This document shows, in pieces, positions 63,177 through 64,000 of a DNA stretch of 64,000 bases (positions are counted from its first letter, which is position 1; each line of letters opens with the position of its first letter). The stretch is from a virus. The notes below the pieces were generated by a model, which did not search any database, was not told where the DNA came from, and saw only the letters and a list, made by a program, of their open reading frames with translations. The DNA is taken from positions 32,001 through 96,000 of IMG/VR virus record IMGVR_UViG_3300035181_001203; one strand, given 5' to 3'. The position numbers were made by a program, and so were the translations under genes.

Positions 63177-63245
63177 GTATATAAGAGATAATATATTATT
63201 TAAAATGTTACAAAATATTATCAAAATTTATGAACTGGTGATGAT

Positions 63246-64000
63246 ATGAGTTTGATCAAATTAGCTAAAAAAGAAAAAGAAAAAGAAAAAGAAAAGCTTA
63301 AAGAACAAAAATTCAAACCCCAAAAACATCAAATAAGTGCTGTTAAAAAATTTGAAAAAAGTAAATCAGAAATATTTTTTCACGGTTTAGGAAGTGGCAA
63401 AACATTAACTAGTATTATGGCAGGTGAGAGAACCCCTGGAAATAAATTAGTGTTAACTCCAGCTTCTCTTGCTCATAATTTTAGAAAAGAATTACATAAA
63501 TTTAATATATCAGATCAAAATTATAAACTTGTATCTTATGAAAAGTTTAGACGTAATCCAGATAAATTTATAGATAAATATAAACCATCTATGATTATTG
63601 CTGATGAATTCCATAGAGCAAATAATATGGATTCTCTTACTGGTGATTCATTAAGAAAAGCTAGATTGAAAACCAAAAAGTTTATAGGTTTGACTGGATC
63701 TTTAGCTCAAAATAGACCATCAGAAATTGGTGAGTTATTACATACTGCAACCGGAAAACCAGTATTAGGAAATAATCAAGAAGAGTTTGATAAAAAATTT
63801 ATTAAAAATCGTATAATTAAACCTAGTTTATTTGGTCGTTTCATAGGTATAAAACCAGGGGCTATTGAAGAACCTAAGAATTTAGATAAATTTAAAACTA
63901 TTGCTGACCAGTATATTAGTACGTTTGCTGGTGATGAAGAATATAAAAAACATTTACCTATTGTAGAAAGAGATGTTGTTAGAATAAAAATGGACAAGCC
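63246..64000 (+). CDS. SNF2-like SF2 helicase with SLIKLA leader, partial (runs off the right edge)
   Basis: Not in track. MSLIKLAKKEKEKEKEK...HQ...FHGLGSGKT...PASL...SYE...IIADEFH...LTGS..QNRPSE. Confidence 0.9.
   Translation, partial: MSLIKLAKKEKEKEKEKLKEQKFKPQKHQISAVKKFEKSKSEIFFHGLGSGKTLTSIMAGERTPGNKLVLTPASLAHNFRKELHKFNISDQNYKLVSYEKFRRNPDKFIDKYKPSMIIADEFHRANNMDSLTGDSLRKARLKTKKFIGLTGSLAQNRPSEIGELLHTATGKPVLGNNQEEFDKKFIKNRIIKPSLFGRFIGIKPGAIEEPKNLDKFKTIADQYISTFAGDEEYKKHLPIVERDVVRIKMDK

Noticed and set aside
24357-63997. Short antisense or nested ORFs in the early regions (e.g. 36533..36862, 36766..37053, 41689..42024, 49236..49673, 49705..49983, 63776..63997)
   Set aside because: Overlap better-supported genes on the other strand or in another frame.

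Overview
AT-rich (roughly 30% GC by eye) segment of a large tailed dsDNA phage, probably a jumbo myovirus that encodes its own DnaE-type polymerase. 1-23.4 kb is a minus-strand virion module: tail fibres, baseplate, lytic transglycosylase, tape measure and a frameshifted tail-assembly chaperone. At 23.4-24.1 kb the coding strand switches across an A20/AT-rich tract and a ~360-nt highly structured GC-rich element. 24.1-42.1 kb and 48.3-61.7 kb are plus-strand early/middle regions of small genes, many behind a conserved (T/A)GCAAA-N17-TATAAT promoter. These include dUTPase, dCMP deaminase, dNMP kinase, CYTH, DHH, SSB, DnaE, an M15 peptidase, Tad2-like and Csx20-like anti-defence candidates, and several hairpin-rich non-coding transcripts. 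42.2-48.2 kb is a minus-strand operon of probable lysis/membrane genes followed by about ten small proteins that share only an N-terminal M-S-L-I-K-L-A leader. The same leader starts the SNF2-like helicase at the right edge, which suggests a protein-targeting or processing system and is the main candidate novelty. An internally deleted tnpB lies at 61.7-62.2 kb. I found no CRISPR array, tRNA or reverse transcriptase. All family assignments are from motif recognition by eye and have not been database-checked.
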